DNA of 31,589 bases from an uncultured Coxiellaceae bacterium (GCA_964465995.1 CAYXLV010000001.1:1-31589), one strand, 5' to 3'. Positions 18,087 through 26,503 are shown, counted from the first letter of the stretch. A program made the numbers and translations. Notes: generated by a model from the sequence alone, not told the origin.

Positions 18087-18134
18087 TGCAAACTATTGTG
18101 CCAGGCTTGAGTCTAACAGGCCATGATTTTCTTA

Positions 18135-18242
18135 GAATCGCGCCAAGAATCGTGCCAAAAGGGGGTAAAACTGGCCGAATCGTGCCAAGAATCGCGCCAA
18201 AATGGGATTAAGCTGCCCTAATCGCGCCAAAAATCGCGCCAA
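18135..18242. repeat. 42-bp tandem repeat (~2.6 copies) built from 12-mer doublets GAATCGYGCCAA
   Basis: 12-mers at 18135, 18147, 18177, 18189, 18219 and 18231; 18-bp linkers at 18159-18176 and 18201-18218 are 13/18 identical. Confidence 0.93.
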
Positions 18243-18263
18243 CCTTAAAATGCGGGATACGTC

Positions 18264-18542
18264 TTATTTTTTTATCGCAAATGTTTCAAATTTCTCAGGC
18301 GGGATTTCTTCCCAATGAACATTGCTGACCTCGGCTTGGGGTGGGCCTTGCCAGAGCCAATCGGTGAGTTCCATAACGTGATCACGGTCGCCAAGCGCGA
18401 TAAGCTCGACATTGCCATCGTCGGTATTTTGAACCCAACCAGTGAGTTGCAGACGTTCGGCTTCTTTTTGCGTGCTGTCGCGAAAGAAGACGCCTTGGAC
18501 TTTGCCGGAGATAACCGCTTTGATACAGATAGTTTGATTCAT
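18264..18542 (-). CDS. acyP: Acylphosphatase
   Basis: 'ISGKVQGVFFR', 'LTGWVQN..DGNVE', 'WLWQGPPQAEV'. Confidence 0.93.
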   Translation of the reverse strand: MNQTICIKAVISGKVQGVFFRDSTQKEAERLQLTGWVQNTDDGNVELIALGDRDHVMELTDWLWQGPPQAEVSNVHWEEIPPEKFETFAIKK

Positions 18543-18994
18543 GGCTGAGTAGATATCCTTGTGGCTGCTGTGAGTTCAGCTTTGTTAAGTGGACCTTTTA
18601 AAATGGTTGCGAGCTGACCTTGTGGGTTAATCACTAAAGTCATTGGTAAAACAGCAACAGTTTGAATACCAAATTTTTGTAGCGGAAACGTAGATAGCAT
18701 GGGATATCGTACCGCAAAGCGCTGAATGACTTTTTTAAGCTCTGCATTGGAGAGCTGGTCAAAACTAACACCCAGCACCACTACCTGTTGCCGATGTTGC
18801 TGATAAAACTGATTGAGTAACGGTATTTCAGTCACACAAGGTTGGCACCAAGTTGCCCAATAATTAACAAGCACCCATTTACCATGATATTGACTCAGTC
18901 GAATTGGATTGCCGCTGCTGTCATGTGCATCTGGCGCCTTAGAGCATGCCAACAAACAGCAACACAACGCCACCAGCAAAAGTCCCTTTCTCAT
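18539..18994 (-). CDS. TlpA/ResA-like thioredoxin lipoprotein
   Basis: Lipobox LLAC; 'NYWATWCQPCVTEIP' CxxC; 'LPMTLVINPQG'. Confidence 0.88.
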   Translation of the reverse strand: MRKGLLLVALCCCLLACSKAPDAHDSSGNPIRLSQYHGKWVLVNYWATWCQPCVTEIPLLNQFYQQHRQQVVVLGVSFDQLSNAELKKVIQRFAVRYPMLSTFPLQKFGIQTVAVLPMTLVINPQGQLATILKGPLNKAELTAATRISTQP

Positions 18995-19024
18995 CGTCCA
19001 ATCCTTTTTGGCGTCATGCCATAT

Positions 19025-19666
19025 TTAATTTTTTTGTAATCGCATTAAATCTCGCGCAATCGTATTCGATGATTTTGGCGATGATAAAACGGCTACCCAC
19101 TCACCCTGTGGGTTAATGACTAAAATGGAACCAGTATGTTGAATATCGTAATTGGGATCATCCGACTTAAGCGCTTTCATATAAGCCACACCTAATTGTT
19201 TAGCCAATGCATCTAGCTGCGCCTTTGACGCGGTAGCGCCTAAAAAGTTTGGATTAAAATTTGCTAAATAGCGTCGAATTACCGTTGGTGTATCACGCTC
19301 TGGATCAACGGAGATAAACAATACTTGAGGGGCGTGTGCTTGAGCTGTGGTATTGATTTGCTGATAGGCCTGGTTAATAGCGGCTAATGTGGTTGGGCAA
19401 ATCATCGGGCAATGAGTAAAGCCAAAAAAGATTAAGGTCCAATGACCGCGCAAACTATCATTGGTGATGGCGTTGCCGTTACTGCCGGTTAGCTTAAATG
19501 GATCTAGCGCAAGTGGAGTTGGTAAAATCGTGCCATTTTCAAGCGCCATTTTTTGTTCGGGGTGTTGTGATTTAAGATGTAAAACAAAGCCAATAATAAT
19601 CGCCACGATTGCGGCAACGATCACAGTTATCCAAAGCTGTCGTTGCATCATTTTACTCGGTGACAT
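19025..19666 (-). CDS. SCO1/SenC copper chaperone
   Basis: 'FFGFTHCPMICPT' CxxxC, 'SVDPERD', 'IQHTGS' His; N-terminal TM helix. Confidence 0.92.
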   Translation of the reverse strand: MSPSKMMQRQLWITVIVAAIVAIIIGFVLHLKSQHPEQKMALENGTILPTPLALDPFKLTGSNGNAITNDSLRGHWTLIFFGFTHCPMICPTTLAAINQAYQQINTTAQAHAPQVLFISVDPERDTPTVIRRYLANFNPNFLGATASKAQLDALAKQLGVAYMKALKSDDPNYDIQHTGSILVINPQGEWVAVLSSPKSSNTIARDLMRLQKN

Positions 19667-19678
19667 ACGTCTTCTCCT

Positions 19679-20719
19679 TTAAGTGAACTTCGCACCACGT
19701 CTGGTAAATAAACGGTAAGCAATGGTCACCATTGTGAGTAATAAAACTGCAGCAACGCCATTATGCGCAACCGCCACCCACATTGGTAAGGTCAACTTCA
19801 CATTCATAATGCCAAGCCCGATTTGACAGCTCAGCACGAATAAAATTAACCAACCTAAATGCCGTAATGTGCTCAATGTTTTGATTGAGACTAATGCAAT
19901 TGCTAAGGGCGCAAGATATGCAGCGACTAAAAAAGCGCCATAACGATGTGCCATATGAATCGCGATGCGCGCATCCATGGCCAAATGTCCGCCTTCATAA
20001 TTTGGACCAATTGGGCTGGATAAATTAAATGCGCTGCGCCAATCCATTGGCGGAAATAGTTTGCCGCCACAAAAAGGAAAATCAATACAAGCCAAGGCAG
20101 CATAGTTAGTGCTCGTCCAAGCGCCTAAAGTGATTTGGATTAACACCATCAGCACACCCAATAACACCCAAGGCTTTAACACTTTTAAGCGCTGCGACGG
20201 CGGTTGAATAGATTGGTTGGTTGCTAAGGTAAGCCACCACAGTAATGCTGTGATAATCATGCCGCCAAGCAAATGTGCCATCACAATTAGGGGTAATAAT
20301 TTTAAAGTGACTGTCCACATCCCAAGTGCTGCTTGTAAAATCACTAATCCCACCAGCAACCATGGCACTAATAGCGGTTGTTGTTGGATATATTTTTTAC
20401 GCAGAGGTCCCCATAACGCTAATAACAAAATCAACAAGCCCAAACCGCCGGCGATATAACGATGCGCCATCTCAGTCCAAGCTTTTTTAACGACAATCGG
20501 AATATTCGGATAAGTGGCTTGCACCTTGGCTAAGCCGCTCGCTGTTTTTGGTAAAATTAGCTTCCCATAGCAGCCAGGCCAATCGGGACAACCTAAGCCG
20601 GCATCACTTAATCGTGTATACGCACCCAACATAATCACCGCAAATGCTAGTAACACGGCAATCCAAGCCGTGCGACGATAAGCTTTGCGTGGATTTTGTC
20701 TGAATACGTATTTATCCAA
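19679..20719 (-). CDS. ctaA: Heme A synthase (Cox15/CtaA)
   Basis: 'LGAYTRLSDAGLGCPDWPGCYG', 'EMAHRY', 'HLLGG', 'HMAHR', 'HNG'. TTG 20719, overlapping the upstream stop, is preferred over 20776. Confidence 0.9.
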   Translation of the reverse strand: MDKYVFRQNPRKAYRRTAWIAVLLAFAVIMLGAYTRLSDAGLGCPDWPGCYGKLILPKTASGLAKVQATYPNIPIVVKKAWTEMAHRYIAGGLGLLILLLALWGPLRKKYIQQQPLLVPWLLVGLVILQAALGMWTVTLKLLPLIVMAHLLGGMIITALLWWLTLATNQSIQPPSQRLKVLKPWVLLGVLMVLIQITLGAWTSTNYAALACIDFPFCGGKLFPPMDWRSAFNLSSPIGPNYEGGHLAMDARIAIHMAHRYGAFLVAAYLAPLAIALVSIKTLSTLRHLGWLILFVLSCQIGLGIMNVKLTLPMWVAVAHNGVAAVLLLTMVTIAYRLFTRRGAKFT

Positions 20720-21302
20720 TTTGTGAAACCTTGAGCAGTCGCTCCATATCTTTATAAATATCGGTAGGACTTGCATCGGGTCGATAGGTCATCATGACGT
20801 TACCATGTGGATCGACAACATAAATTGTGCCTTGCTTTAATGCATAATCTGCATGGACATTGCGTTTAATGATTTTGGTAAATAGAGATTGTTGAGTGCT
20901 TAAATGTTGGGTGCCGGTGTATTCATGTTGAAGAAGAGAGTGCAGTTTTGGATCTTTGCGCTCGCTATTAAACGTTAGAATAATACGCTCAACGCGGCCG
21001 CGGTGTTTGCCAGTCGCGCGACGCACTTGGCGAATGTTATATAACCAAGTTTCACAGTTCTTATCACATTGGCCTGGATTTAAAAGCATTAAACGCCATT
21101 TGCCGTTTGCCGTTGCATTAGGAATAATTTGCGTAATTAAGAAGGGCTTTTTAATAAGGCTACCGTGATTGGTGGTTGCGCCAAACGTGTCGTGGGCTTT
21201 AAAGAAAAACCAAGCTAAAAAAATAGGTGTAAGAAAAACTAAAGTGAGTGTAGTAAGAATAGTGACTGGGTGGTTAGAGATCTTTTTTCCTTGATACTGC
21301 AT
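20712..21302 (-). CDS. Cox-cluster single-TM hypothetical protein with degenerate thioredoxin/SCO-like fold
   Basis: TM, 'TTNHGSLI', 'GKWRL...CDKNC...IRQVRRATGK', 'VVDPHGNVMMTY'; usual position between surf1 and cox15. ATG 21302 has a GAGGA SD. Confidence 0.7.
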   Translation of the reverse strand: MQYQGKKISNHPVTILTTLTLVFLTPIFLAWFFFKAHDTFGATTNHGSLIKKPFLITQIIPNATANGKWRLMLLNPGQCDKNCETWLYNIRQVRRATGKHRGRVERIILTFNSERKDPKLHSLLQHEYTGTQHLSTQQSLFTKIIKRNVHADYALKQGTIYVVDPHGNVMMTYRPDASPTDIYKDMERLLKVSQIG

Positions 21303-22047
21303 TGCGTCCTCTGCTTGTGTTGACAACGATATATATGATAACCAAAGTCAAAGCGAGAGAAAACCACTGTATCGCGTAAGCAAAATGCTTATGTGATTTC
21401 ATTGTCGTGGGGCGCCATTCTCGCACAAAGCCATGTGAGGCTTGCGGTGATAGTAGCACCATAAACCCCAGCACGGGTTGCCCTAACCATTCGCTGATTA
21501 GTTTTAAGTCAATGGCTTGAATTCTTTGTGGCCATTGCGTTTGTACGATGGGTTGATCTAACAGAAAGATTTTTTGCGGTGCTTGCTTGGTTCGGCCAAC
21601 AATCGTTTGCACACCTGGCACGGCAGCAAGCCTGGGCAAGACACGACGATTAGGTCCGCGTGGGATCCAGCCGCGATTCACCATAATGATTTTATGATCA
21701 CGCGTCACCAAGGGCGTTAAGACAAAATATCCAACTTTACCTTTCAGCATACGATTATCCACAAGAAATTGATGCTGATTGTCATAATGCCCAGTGATTT
21801 TAATCGGAATAAATTGGTGGTGTTTGGGTTGTTTCAGAACACTTGCTAATGATTGCGGGGTTTGTGAAAGCTGTTGCTGAAAGGTTTTTTCGAGTTGTTG
21901 TTTGGCTTCACCCCGATCAAGTTGCCAAAAGCCTAAGCCGATTAAGAGAGGTAGGATTAATAGGAAAAAAAGGGTCGGGATTAATTGGGGGGTGAAAATA
22001 AAGCCACAGACGTGTAATCTAAATAGCGATTTATTCATTCTTGGCAT
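21274..22047 (-). CDS. SURF1/Shy1 cytochrome oxidase assembly protein
   Basis: 'LGFWQLDR', 'GYFVLTPL', 'VNRGWIP', 'HFAYAIQWF'. Confidence 0.92.
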   Translation of the reverse strand: MPRMNKSLFRLHVCGFIFTPQLIPTLFFLLILPLLIGLGFWQLDRGEAKQQLEKTFQQQLSQTPQSLASVLKQPKHHQFIPIKITGHYDNQHQFLVDNRMLKGKVGYFVLTPLVTRDHKIIMVNRGWIPRGPNRRVLPRLAAVPGVQTIVGRTKQAPQKIFLLDQPIVQTQWPQRIQAIDLKLISEWLGQPVLGFMVLLSPQASHGFVREWRPTTMKSHKHFAYAIQWFSLALTLVIIYIVVNTSRGRNAVSRKKDL

Positions 22048-22082
22048 GGTCTTGGTCCGTGTCGCGTCAAAAGGATCCGTGT

Positions 22083-22298
22083 ATGGTACTAAAAATTATT
22101 GTGGTATTGCTACTGGCCATTATTTTATATTGTTTAGGTAGCGGTGTTTATTATTTAGTACGTGATCCCAATGATTCAAAAAATGTTGTTAAAGCCCTCA
22201 CTTGGCGCATCGCCTTATCGTTTAGTTTATTTATTTTATTATTGATTGCTTATGCAATGGGTTGGATTAATCCACATCCACAATTGGTTATACCATAA
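22083..22298 (+). CDS. DUF2909 twin-TM small protein
   Basis: 'LGSGVYYLVRD...VVKALTWRIALS..LF'; divergent from surf1 as in other cox clusters. Start moved from 22041 to ATG 22083. Confidence 0.8.
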   Translation: MVLKIIVVLLLAIILYCLGSGVYYLVRDPNDSKNVVKALTWRIALSFSLFILLLIAYAMGWINPHPQLVIP

Positions 22299-22310
22299 AG
22301 GAGTTTGCAA

Positions 22311-22490
22311 ATGGGTTTGCAGGGAATTAGTATCGGTTCAATTTTAATTGTGCTTGCAATTGTTGTAGTTATTTTTGGCACGAAAAAACTACGCAATACG
22401 GGTGAAGATTTGGGTGCGGCATTAAAAGGCTTTAAAAAAGGTCTAAAAGAGGATCCCGCCGATTCTGATACCAAAGACAAAACTTCCTAA
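22311..22490 (+). CDS. tatA: Twin-arginine translocase TatA
   Basis: '[28 protein letters not shown]'; AGGAG SD at 22299-22303 supports ATG 22311. Confidence 0.93.
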   Translation: MGLQGISIGSILIVLAIVVVIFGTKKLRNTGEDLGAALKGFKKGLKEDPADSDTKDKTS

Positions 22491-22501
22491 AGCGCCAACA
22501 C

Positions 22502-22678
22502 ATGTTTGATATTAGTTTTTGGGAAATTGCTTTAGTCGTTATCGTCGCGTTACTGGTGATTGGCCCAGAGCGTTTGCCACAGGTTGCACAGAAAGTTGGA
22601 CAGACGATTGCCAGAATTCGGCGCCTTTGGATTAAGCTTAAAAAAGACAGTTTACAAAAACTGGATGACGAAACCTAA
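22502..22678 (+). CDS. tatB: Twin-arginine translocase TatB, 58 aa (absent from the ORF track)
   Basis: Hand translation MFDISFWEIALVVIVALLVIGPERLPQVAQKVGQTIARIRRLWIKLKKDSLQKLDDET; TatB signatures MFDI..E and GPERLP; TAATG overlap with tatC. Confidence 0.92.
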   Translation: MFDISFWEIALVVIVALLVIGPERLPQVAQKVGQTIARIRRLWIKLKKDSLQKLDDET

Positions 22679-23382
22679 TGCAAGAAAATTTTCATTATTT
22701 AATTGAGCTACGCCAGCGCTTAATCCGCAGTGTTTTAGTACTGGGAATTGTGTTTATTATTTTTGCTTTATTTGCCAATAAGATTTATGAACTGTTAGCG
22801 CTGCCATTATTACAACACTTCACAACTCATCAAGGTTTAATTGCCATATCTGTGCCAGCACCTTTTTTAATTCCATTTAAAAGTGCGTTTATGGCAAGTA
22901 TTTTTGTAGTGATTCCTTATTTACTTTATCAGTTGTGGATGTTTATAGCGCCTGCATTGTATCAGCATGAGCGCCATTTAACTTGGTTATTATTGGTCAG
23001 TAGCACGTTGTTGTTTTATATCGGCGTATTATTTGCTTATTTTATTGTGCTGCCATTGGTGTTTAAATTTTTTATTTTTATTGCGCCAAAAGGTGTCGAA
23101 GTAAAGCCGGATATCAGTCAGTATTTTAGTTTTATTTTAAAAATGTTTTTAGCATTTGGTTTTGCGTTTGAGTTACCGGTTGCGATTGTGTTGTTGGTTT
23201 GGTCGCGTGTTTGTAGCATTAAAAGTTTACAGCAAAAAAGACCGTATATTATTGTTGGTGTTTTTATTGTAGGCATGTTATTAACACCGCCTGATGTTGT
23301 GTCGCAAATATTATTAGCAGTACCGTTATGGTTGTTATTTGAGTTAGGTTTATTGCTGGCGAAGACATTGCAGCGCCCTTGA
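22678..23382 (+). CDS. tatC: Twin-arginine translocase TatC
   Basis: 'HYLIELRQRL', 'FIAPALYQHE', 'FGFAFELPV', 'LTPPDVVSQ'. Confidence 0.95.
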   Translation: MQENFHYLIELRQRLIRSVLVLGIVFIIFALFANKIYELLALPLLQHFTTHQGLIAISVPAPFLIPFKSAFMASIFVVIPYLLYQLWMFIAPALYQHERHLTWLLLVSSTLLFYIGVLFAYFIVLPLVFKFFIFIAPKGVEVKPDISQYFSFILKMFLAFGFAFELPVAIVLLVWSRVCSIKSLQQKRPYIIVGVFIVGMLLTPPDVVSQILLAVPLWLLFELGLLLAKTLQRP

Positions 23383-23406
23383 ACCCAATGCAAAACTGTT
23401 TATACT
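23379..23406 (+). promoter_or_regulatory. Putative sigma70 promoter for petABC
   Basis: TTGAAC (23379-23384), 16 bp, TATACT (23401-23406), 30 bp before petA. Motif match only. Confidence 0.35.
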
Positions 23407-23436
23407 AATTGCCAGGATCTTGGAGAGTAATGGATT

Positions 23437-24030
23437 ATGGGCGCTGATTCCATCGATGAAAAAAAACGTAAATTTTTATTAGCGACCACCGCCACCGTTG
23501 CTGCCGCCGGCGCTGTCGCCGCTGCTGCTCCCTTTGTTATTTCAATGTTGCCCAGTGCCAGAGCAGAAGCCGCTGGCCGACCGATTACTGTAAAAATTGG
23601 TGCGATGAAACCAGGTGATCAATTGACAGTGATGTGGCGCGGTCGACCCGTTTGGATTATTCGCCGCAGCCCAGAAGCCTTAGCCAGCTTGCCAAAAGTT
23701 GATCCCTTATTAAGAGATCCCAATTCTAAAGAACCGCAACAACCACCTTACGCACAAAATGAATATCGCTCACGTAAACCAGAATTTTTAGTATTAGTCG
23801 GCATTTGCACCCACTTAGGTTGCTCACCAACCTACCGTCCAGATCCAAAAAGTATCAGTCCAAATTGGTTGGGCGGATTTTTTTGCTCGTGTCATGGTTC
23901 TAAATTTGATTTAGCTGGTCGTGTTTTTAAGGGTGTGCCCGCGCCAATTAATATGGAAGTGCCACCGTATGTTTATCTCAATGATGATGAGATTTTAATT
24001 GGTGCAAATAAAGTCCCAGAAAAAGCATAA
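23437..24030 (+). CDS. petA: Rieske iron-sulfur subunit of cytochrome bc1
   Basis: Box 1 CTHLGC, box 2 CSCHGS, 'WRGRPVWI', 'GVPAPINM'. Confidence 0.95.
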   Translation: MGADSIDEKKRKFLLATTATVAAAGAVAAAAPFVISMLPSARAEAAGRPITVKIGAMKPGDQLTVMWRGRPVWIIRRSPEALASLPKVDPLLRDPNSKEPQQPPYAQNEYRSRKPEFLVLVGICTHLGCSPTYRPDPKSISPNWLGGFFCSCHGSKFDLAGRVFKGVPAPINMEVPPYVYLNDDEILIGANKVPEKA

Positions 24031-24039
24031 GGATGATTT

Positions 24040-25263
24040 ATGGAAAAAACATCGGGTTTGATGGCTTGGATTGACGCACGGTTTCCGCTATCAGACATTT
24101 GGAATAAACATGCTGCAAAATATTATGTACCAAAGAATTTAAATTTTTGGTATTTATTTGGAATTTTCTCCGGTGTTGTTTTTATTAATCAAATTTTGAC
24201 GGGTATTTGGCTGTCGATGTATTACACGCCAACAGCACTGTCTGCTTTTGCTTCTGTTGAACATATAATGCGTGATGTTAAATTTGGCTGGCTAATTCGT
24301 TATATGCACAGCACTGGCGCATCGGCTTTTTTTATCGTGGTTTATTTGCATATGTATAAAAGCATTATGTATGGCTCGTTTAAAAAGCCACGAGAATTAC
24401 TGTGGATTATCGGCGTCATTATTTTTATTTTTTTAATGATGGAATCAGCCTCCGGTTATGTATTGCCCTGGGGGCAAATGTCGTATTGGGCGATTAAAGT
24501 TTTAATTTCAGTTTTTACAGTGATTCCTGTTGTTGGTAAAGCCATCGCCGTTTGGTTGCAAGGTGATTACAATGTGTCGGGTGTGACCTTGCATCGTTTT
24601 TTTGCTTTTCATGTGATTGCCTTTCCGATGATTTTGTCCTTATTAATTTGGTTGCATTTAATTGCTTTGCATAAGGTCGGTTCGAATAATCCCGATGGGA
24701 TTGATATTAAACAGCATAAAGACGCAGATGGTATTCCACTGGATAGCATTACTTTTCACCCGTATTACACCGTGAAAGATTTTGCGGGTGTGGTTTTATT
24801 TTTATTAATTTTCGCGGCGGTTATCTTTTTTGCGCCTACTATGGGTGGGTATTTCTTAGAGTATGCCAATTTCCAACCGGCTAATGCATTAGTAACGCCT
24901 TTACATATCGCCCCACCTTGGTATTTTGCTCCATTTTATTCAATCTTACGTGCGATCCCTGACAAGCTGACTGGAGTAATTTTTGCAGCCGCATCGATTG
25001 CAATTTTATTTGTGATGCCATGGTTAGACCGCAGTCGCGTGCGTTCGATTCGTTATCGTGGTGTTTGGACCAAGACGATGTTAACGCTGTTTATTATCAG
25101 TTTTATGGGATTAGGTTTGCTTGGCACGATGCCGTTGACGGATTTTAATATTTGGGTCTCACGTTTTTTGACGGTAATTTATTTTGTGTTTTTTGTCACT
25201 ATGCCACTTTATACACGATATGAAAAAACCAAGCCGGTACCAGAGCGAGTAAGCATGTCATGA
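24040..25263 (+). CDS. petB: Cytochrome b of the bc1 complex
   Basis: Heme ligands H90/H104 and H191/H206; 'GYVLPWGQMSYW'; 'TLHRFFAFH'; 'FHPYYTVKD'. Confidence 0.96.
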   Translation: MEKTSGLMAWIDARFPLSDIWNKHAAKYYVPKNLNFWYLFGIFSGVVFINQILTGIWLSMYYTPTALSAFASVEHIMRDVKFGWLIRYMHSTGASAFFIVVYLHMYKSIMYGSFKKPRELLWIIGVIIFIFLMMESASGYVLPWGQMSYWAIKVLISVFTVIPVVGKAIAVWLQGDYNVSGVTLHRFFAFHVIAFPMILSLLIWLHLIALHKVGSNNPDGIDIKQHKDADGIPLDSITFHPYYTVKDFAGVVLFLLIFAAVIFFAPTMGGYFLEYANFQPANALVTPLHIAPPWYFAPFYSILRAIPDKLTGVIFAAASIAILFVMPWLDRSRVRSIRYRGVWTKTMLTLFIISFMGLGLLGTMPLTDFNIWVSRFLTVIYFVFFVTMPLYTRYEKTKPVPERVSMS

Positions 25264-25946
25264 AGCGATCGATCATAGTTTTATTATTATTGTGCTCACC
25301 AGTCATGTTGCTGGCTGCCAGTAGTGATGGTGCCGATATTACCTTAGAAAAAGTCACTATCAATACAAATGATCGCGCATCCGTTTTACGCGGCGCGAAA
25401 TTTTACGCACAAAATTGCATGGTTTGTCATACGATGCGTTATTTGCAACACAATGCATTGGCCAAAGAGGCGGGAGTGACGTTGGATAAAATGCCACTCA
25501 ATAATAAAAACTGGTGGCTAGGCATTGTCCCACCTGATTTAACCTTAATTGCAAAAGTTCGTACCCCTGATTGGCTTTACACTTATTTACACGCCTTTTA
25601 TAAAGACCCATCACGCCCAACAGGCTCCAATAACTTATTAATGCCAAATGTGAATATGACCAATGTGCTGCGCGCCTTTCAAGGTGAGCAAGTTAGAATT
25701 AACCCGGTCAATTCCGATTTTAGTAAGCCGCGTTATTATACATTACTGAAATTAGAAAACTCAGGCAGCATGACTCCAGAACAATTCAATCAAGCCATGA
25801 CTGATTTAGTCAATTTCCTAGTTTACGCCAGTGACCCGGGACAGGTGCAACGCCACCATATTGGGTTTTGGGTTTTACTATTCCTCGCGATACTGTTTGT
25901 GTTGGCGTATTTTTTGCAGAAGATTTATTGGAGGAAACAAAAATAA
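25260..25946 (+). CDS. petC: Cytochrome c1
   Basis: Signal peptide, CMVCH heme-binding motif, 'PPDLTL', 'DWLYTYL', C-terminal TM; ATGA overlap with petB. Confidence 0.93.
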   Translation: MKRSIIVLLLLCSPVMLLAASSDGADITLEKVTINTNDRASVLRGAKFYAQNCMVCHTMRYLQHNALAKEAGVTLDKMPLNNKNWWLGIVPPDLTLIAKVRTPDWLYTYLHAFYKDPSRPTGSNNLLMPNVNMTNVLRAFQGEQVRINPVNSDFSKPRYYTLLKLENSGSMTPEQFNQAMTDLVNFLVYASDPGQVQRHHIGFWVLLFLAILFVLAYFLQKIYWRKQK

Positions 25947-25997
25947 TTCATTCAAATTTGGTGGTTTTCCCCGTTGTCCAGCAATGCTCCCTTCCAA

Positions 25998-26069
25998 CGT
26001 CATCCCGCGGCCACGACCGCGGGACCCAAGAACATCTCCTAGATTGCGCGATCGAGTCGCGCAATGACG
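25998..26069. repeat. REP/RPE-like double-hairpin palindromic element
   Basis: Terminal CGTCAT/ATGACG; hairpin TCCCGCGG-6-CCGCGGGA (26003-26024); hairpin ATTGCGCGA-5-TCGCGCAAT (26043-26065). Confidence 0.75.
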
Positions 26070-26108
26070 ATGCGTCCCGTCGCGTACTAATCATTACCCA
26101 CAAGTCAG

Positions 26109-26316
26109 GAAAGCAAATTTGAAATTATTTTTTGTGGGTTTAGCTTCTTTAAGTGTTGCATATTAATTTAAAACCGAAGCTTTTATTATTAGGCATCCTC
26201 TCACTAGCGTTCGTGGCTCAGTTTTCATGCATTGGCAGAAGGCTGTGACAACTGAGCCACGAACGCTAGTGAGAGGTTGCCTAACAATATCAGCTTGTGG
26301 TGCGAGTTTAATGTGA
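26109..26316. repeat. 208-bp dispersed structured element, copy 2 (long hairpin)
   Basis: 33-bp inverted repeat with one mismatch, 26191-26223 / 26250-26282; same orientation as copy 1; about 88% identical outside the loop core by hand alignment. Confidence 0.93.
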
Positions 26317-26503
26317 GGGGTGTGGCCATTTTTTTATGCGAGACACGGTTTTTGGCAGTAAAAATAAGACTTGTGAGTAAAGATTAGGTCGCGCAACGAC
26401 GGTTGCTTAAGAGTCACGCAATGACGTTACGCTAATAATTGTCAAATCAACAATGAAATCGTTACAATGACATGACTTTTCACGATGACTCAAGGAAACA
26501 TTG

